Positions 59,298 through 64,000 of a stretch of 64,000 nt of DNA are shown in pieces; the stretch's first letter is position 1, and every line of letters starts with the position of its first letter. The notes under the pieces were generated by a model. That model was given only the letters and a program-made list of their open reading frames with translations. It made no database searches and was not told the DNA's origin. A program made the translations under genes and the position numbers. This DNA is from Eledone cirrhosa (lineage: Eukaryota), in the NCBI GenBank assembly GCA_964016885.1, contig OZ024740.1:234422001-234486000 (forward strand), in the 5' to 3' direction.

Positions 59298-59429
59298 ATA
59301 ATAATAAATTTGAAGACTAAAATCCAAAGAGGGCTCGATAAGGATAAATATATATCAAATATATTCGAGTTTCAGAAGATCCCGTTAAGGGTGAAAGCAG
59401 CGATTCTTTGCTTAAACTTTAATCTGTTA

Positions 59430-59436
<7 letters not shown>
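59293..59436. mobile_element. Two-piece derivative of the 21624-24416 PLE (inverted tail + forward HHR segment)
   Basis: 59293-59364 is inverse of the tail; 59368-59436 equals 24254-24322. Confidence 0.88.
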
Positions 59437-59497
<61 letters not shown>

Positions 59498-59575
59498 AAA
59501 CTGGAACGGGAACAAAAACAGAGAAGCAGTACAAACAAAGGTTTATTAGTTTCACGCTCTTGAGAGTGGGGGATG

Positions 59576-60210
59576 TAAAATTGAAATAAGCGGAGCAAGT
59601 AAGATTCAAACAATTTTTTTTTATAAATTTAAAAATATAATTTAAATATTCCATTTGCTTTTACCGACGGTTTCGTCTCACAAAAGATTGGAAGTCCGAT
59701 GCGCTTCCGATCGAAATTTTCGGTTCTTCAGAAAGCATTTTCCCCTACATAGGACGAAAGTCCCACGAATGGCAAAATATATTGCATTCTGCCAGCTAGT
59801 GCAGGATCGAATGAGGCCGTAAACTTGACCTACACATGACCTAGCCCTTAGTATAAGCGGAACAAGTTTACGGCCTCATTCGATCCTGCACTAGCTGGCA
59901 GAATGCAATATATTTTACCATTCGTGGGACTTTCGTCCTATGTAGGGGAAAATGCTTTCTGAAGAACCGAAAATTTCCATCGGAAGCGCATTGGACTTCC
60001 AATCTTTTGTGAGGCGAAACCGTCGGTAAAAGCAAATGGGATATTTAAATAATATTTTTTAATTTATTTTAAAAAATTGTTTTATCTTACTTGCTCCGCT
60101 TATCTCAATTTTATAGTTCTGGTATGTCAAATTGATACCATAGAACTGTACCATAGACACCCTATATATTTCCAGGGGTACTTAGTACCTGTGGTAATAT
60201 TGATCTCCTT
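59576..60210. mobile_element. Large fold-back cassette with HHR at 59953-60034 (+) and mirror copy
   Basis: Arms about 59576-59827/59863-60113 plus ~97 nt tail; TGCTTT-CTGAAGA..GAAACC gtc GGTA-AAAGCA. Confidence 0.85.
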
Positions 60211-60244
60211 TATATATATATATATATATGTATGCATATATATA

Positions 60245-60337
60245 TAGTAATAATAATAAATGTGAAGACTAAAATCCAAAGAGGGAAAAGAGGGAAAGCA
60301 GCGATTCTTTGCTTAAACTTTTATGTTATTTTAATAA

Positions 60338-60423
<86 letters not shown>

Positions 60424-60512
60424 TGAAATAACATAAAAGTTTAAGCAAAGAATCGCTGCTTTCCCTCTTTTCTCTCTTTGGATTTTAATCTTCACATTTA
60501 TTATTATTACTA
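60245..60512. mobile_element. Inverted pair of ~94 bp two-piece derivatives of the 21624-24416 PLE around a (TA)n tract
   Basis: 60245-60338 is inverse of 60419-60512. Confidence 0.85.
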
Positions 60513-60620
60513 TATATATATATATACATACATATATATATATAGATGGTCGGTCGTCCTCCTGTCTTTGATTTACAGCCCCATGGATTTTACCTATTAC
60601 ATTCATTTATTGTATTTCCA

Positions 60621-60678
60621 ATACCTGATGATATCACCGGATTCATACGGAACCCGGTCATTGAAATGATCATAGTAT
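60621..60678 (+). ncRNA. Type I HHR motif followed by AATAAA
   Basis: ATAC-CTGATGA..ACCGG/CCGGT..GAAAT gatc ATA-GTAT. Confidence 0.8.
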
Positions 60679-60872
60679 AATAAACCTTTCAAGGATTTAC
60701 ATAGTCCAGCCTCCTGTCATTTTATTATAATATTTAACTCCGTACTAGCACCACCAACTACAAAAACGAAGACGATTGAACTGCTTTACATTGAGTACTT
60801 GCCATATTATTACATTAAGATTGACCATTCGGAATTGACCAGCTCTATCCAGTGGTGAACCTTCAAACCCGA

Positions 60873-60919
<47 letters not shown>

Positions 60920-60922
<3 letters not shown>

Positions 60923-61200
60923 CCAAAAATTAGTATGGTTCGTTGATTACTCAACGAATACAATTTTGCAATAGATTAGAAGCACTCAACAGTAAGTTTT
61001 CCTGGAGTTTTTAATATTCATCAGACAAAATATATGATTTGATATACGACATACCGCTACGGTCTTGATTATTCAATTCCTATATATTACAGGAATTGAA
61101 TAATCAAGACCTGAAACAACACAGTACCTTTGAAATATATATAATAAAGTATATATTTTGATTATGCGAATATTTTTCATTTGTTAACATTTTAAATATT
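60920..61200. mobile_element. Rearranged TA-flanked cassette related to the 25751-28486 termini, with a 21-bp-arm hairpin at 61061-61111
   Basis: AATAGATTAGAAGCACTCAAC, TCATCAGACAAAATA, GAAATATATATAATAAAG. Confidence 0.6.
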
Positions 61201-61819
61201 ATATATATATATATATATATACATTATATATATGTACATTATATATACATTATATATATATACATACATATACACAGATGCACCCATATATACAACTATA
61301 TATAGACATCCACACACATATCTATATACATATCACGTATACATATGCAAACATTTGCATTAACTAGTAGATAGAAGGACTCTGTACCAACATATAAGTA
61401 CATCCACTCATATACATACTTACACACGTACACGCATGCATATTTACACATACAATTATACGCATACACGCGTGCTTAAAAATATATATCATTGAACCAA
61501 TTTAATTACCCCAAACATCTATTAAGAAATATTAACGCAGTGAGAAAATAATAGAATTGGTTGAATGACTAATGTCATTTAAATCATTTGGGTAGGTATG
61601 GGAGGTAACTCAGAATATGTTTCGATGTTATTAGGCCACGTCATTACGTTAAAAAAGGGACATTTAGGGGCTCCGCCCTGAAACACAATATGTTTTGGGT
61701 ATTTTAAACCTGGTGAAGTCCATTTCTTTCCATATAAAGTGTGGGAGGGAAGTGAAATTCCTAAGATTTTCATTATTAAATGAGAGTGTAAATGAGAGTA
61801 ATTATTATTATTTACTTAA

Positions 61820-62110
61820 TCTATATATCTAAAACAGAGAAATGTCTGTCTGTCTGTCTCCCTAAAACTCGAGAACCACCAAAACGATTTTTTTAAAACT
61901 TGACACATGTAATACTTATGGTCATGTGAGTGTTTTGAGCAAAAATTATTTCGAATTTTCAATGCCCTAGAAACTGCATTAGGCGTCGTTGAGCGATCTC
62001 TCTGTCTTTCTTAGTCTGTCTTTTTAGATAGATACATAACTACAACGTCGCGCCCTTATAATATCTGTCTGTATGTCTGCCTGTCTGCATTACAACATTA
62101 TGGCACTATC
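61820..62110 (+). mobile_element. Possible 5' part of a non-autonomous Helitron
   Basis: TCTATATATCTAAAA..TGTCTGTCTGTCT start resembles Helitron-N heads; no 3' CTAG hairpin seen. Confidence 0.4.
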
Positions 62111-62143
62111 TATGTCTGTGTGTATATATGTATATATAGTGTG

Positions 62144-62185
<42 letters not shown>

Positions 62186-62360
62186 TATTTCGTTTCTGAA
62201 TTTGTTTAGCAACCGATATTGTTATACTTTGGGAGGGTCATGTTGCCAATAAGAAACACACGCACCAGTTGCTTTCACTTCAATTTATTATAATAAATTT
62301 ATAAATTTATAAATTTCTGGTTGGTTGGTTGGTTCCACAACCAGATAGTTGTTTATATAT

Positions 62361-62405
62361 AGTCATAGTTCTTTCGTCACACACTCTGTGACCTCTTCAG
62401 TGACT
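62361..62405 (-). ncRNA. Minimal type I HHR motif
   Basis: AGTCA-CTGAAGA-G-GTCACA gagtg TGTGAC-GAAAG aa CTA-TGACT. Confidence 0.85.
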
Positions 62406-62605
62406 GGGGATTCCTTTCTTTGTTTCTGTGCCTCTCCTTTGTTCTGTCCTACGCCATTTTGTTTCTGTGTGTGTGTTGTGTGCTCAGTCTGCGCATGTGC
62501 CACATCCGGGTGTCTGTGTGTGTTTATGTTCATTTATTTATTTGTTTACTTACATGTTACTGGTTGGTTGTTTGTTCTATGTGTGTGTGTGTTTTCATTT
62601 TGTCC

Positions 62606-64000
62606 TTAATTGTAAGTTGTGATGTTGCTGTTCCACTCATATTTTCTATTTAATTTTGGTTGTAATTCTTTTATGTTTATTGCCTCTGTAATTTGTCTAA
62701 ACATTGCGTCTTTTCTGTGTGTAGATTCTATTTTTATTTCTATGTTCTCTAATTTACCCTTGTGTTCTATTTTAGCATGTTGGTAGAGTACAGATGATTC
62801 TTTACTATCTTGAAGGTCTCGCCAGTGTTCATTTATCCGTTCCCCTACACTACGAGCTGTCTCACCTATGTACACTATATTTTTGTCTCTACATTGTCCT
62901 TCAGTACATCTTATGCTATACACTACATTTCTAGTTTTACAGTTAATATGGGGGCTTATTTTACAGGTTATACATTTCTTATCTATACATGAGGGTCTTT
63001 GGAAAGGGTATGTCTTGCTAATAAGTGTTTTTACGGAGGTACCTGGTCTTTCTACTATCTTAATATTGAGTTTATGTTTATTTAGGGCCCTTCTAAATGT
63101 GTAAGCTAATTCACATCTAGGGGTTGTATCGATGAACATTACACTCTGGTATTTATTGCTATCATACCATGAGTTTATTTTATTAGCCTTATTCCTAGTT
63201 CTTTCTATTCTATTCCAAAATTTGCTCCTATACAAGGGGCAGGTCCCATTTATGTCATTATTTACCATTTTTTCCCATTTAGTTCTGGCTCCTCTATACA
63301 CTCTGATTTTATCTATCTGATTGTAGCCAGAGAACTGCATACGGTGGATGAAGTGTTGTATGTGTCTCTCTAGTTCTTCGGGGTTGCACATGCGGGACAC
63401 GTTTCTCATCACCCGTACCAAATCCGCAATCAGTATGTTGATTTTGGTATGGTCCGAAACGGCCGAGTTTCGGTGGATCAGATGTTTGGAAGTCATGGGT
63501 TTGGCATAATGGGAATGGAGGATTTGTTTTTTGTTATTAATGGTATCTAACCAGAGCTCTGTGTCTAGTACAGGTAATCGATGGTTGGGGTGTTTACTTG
63601 GGTAGTCTATAGTAACTCTAATGCTTTGGTGGATGGAGTTAGCTATTTGCTGGATGCTTTCCATTGTGTTTTTCTCTAGTTCCTGACTGTTCTCTAGTGG
63701 GGGTGTCTTAACTACGATGTTTATATCCTCAACGTAGCGGGAGTACATTATCAGGGTTAAGGGGTCTTCTAATTGTTCTTTAAGTTTAAGTTTAAGTTTA
63801 AGTCTACTGTCCCACCATACCATGAATAAGTTATCTATGTCACCTGCAATGCTAACACCAATGGCTGCTCCTTCCTCTTGGGCATATGTTTTTCCATTAA
63901 ATTTGAACATATCTTCCTTAAGGGTTAGTTTTATGCTGGCCCCTACCGCATGTGCAATCATTTTCTTCAGTTCATCGTGGTTTTCGGGTGTCCGTATGGC
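62606..64000 (-). CDS. PLE reverse transcriptase + GIY-YIG endonuclease (partial, uninterrupted here)
   Basis: QEEGAAIG, RYVEDI, DYPSKH..LPVLD, HYAKPM, CIDKKCITC, VVYSIRC..YIGETARS..RINEH..HAKIEH..RQITEA..LNRKYEW. Confidence 0.9.
   Translation of the reverse strand, partial: AIRTPENHDELKKMIAHAVGASIKLTLKEDMFKFNGKTYAQEEGAAIGVSIAGDIDNLFMVWWDSRLKLKLKLKEQLEDPLTLIMYSRYVEDINIVVKTPPLENSQELEKNTMESIQQIANSIHQSIRVTIDYPSKHPNHRLPVLDTELWLDTINNKKQILHSHYAKPMTSKHLIHRNSAVSDHTKINILIADLVRVMRNVSRMCNPEELERHIQHFIHRMQFSGYNQIDKIRVYRGARTKWEKMVNNDINGTCPLYRSKFWNRIERTRNKANKINSWYDSNKYQSVMFIDTTPRCELAYTFRRALNKHKLNIKIVERPGTSVKTLISKTYPFQRPSCIDKKCITCKISPHINCKTRNVVYSIRCTEGQCRDKNIVYIGETARSVGERINEHWRDLQDSKESSVLYQHAKIEHKGKLENIEIKIESTHRKDAMFRQITEAINIKELQPKLNRKYEWNSNITTYN

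Larger units (their letters stand above)
62187..64000 (-). mobile_element. Penelope-like element (Naiad-like), 3' part, ending in (TA)n; runs off the window
   Basis: Open RT-GIY-YIG frame, 3' UTR and HHR. Confidence 0.92.

Noticed and set aside
59493-59575. Apparent left tail of the 59.6 kb fold-back cassette
   Set aside because: Homologous to 14076-14155, so it is the terminus of a different PLE family; the cassette's own tail is on the right

Overview
AT-rich, microsatellite-dense eukaryotic DNA with no recognisable host gene. The SINE content suggests an octopod cephalopod; this is an inference from recalled octopus SINEs. The window is almost entirely transposon-derived. It contains many Penelope-like element (PLE) remnants (RT and GIY-YIG, at least three lineages), R4/Dong-like and CRE-like RLE retrotransposons, several RTE-clade LINE fragments, two tRNA-derived SINE families, Tc1/mariner MITEs, Helitron-like fragments, micro/minisatellites and a 200-N gap. 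The main signal is more than 20 hammerhead-ribozyme (HHR) motifs, intact or decayed. Most sit in short fold-back (inverted-repeat) cassettes inserted into (TA)n tracts. These cassettes come from about ten sequence families and share one architecture: a fixed terminus at each end, a 40-150 nt tail on one arm, and a fold centre often just 5' of the ribozyme core. One family's copies suggest twin priming from two fixed sites, and that family carries a non-canonical CAGAAGA core. All folds and alignments were done by eye, so coordinates may be off by a few bases. Most ORFs in the supplied track are microsatellite artefacts.
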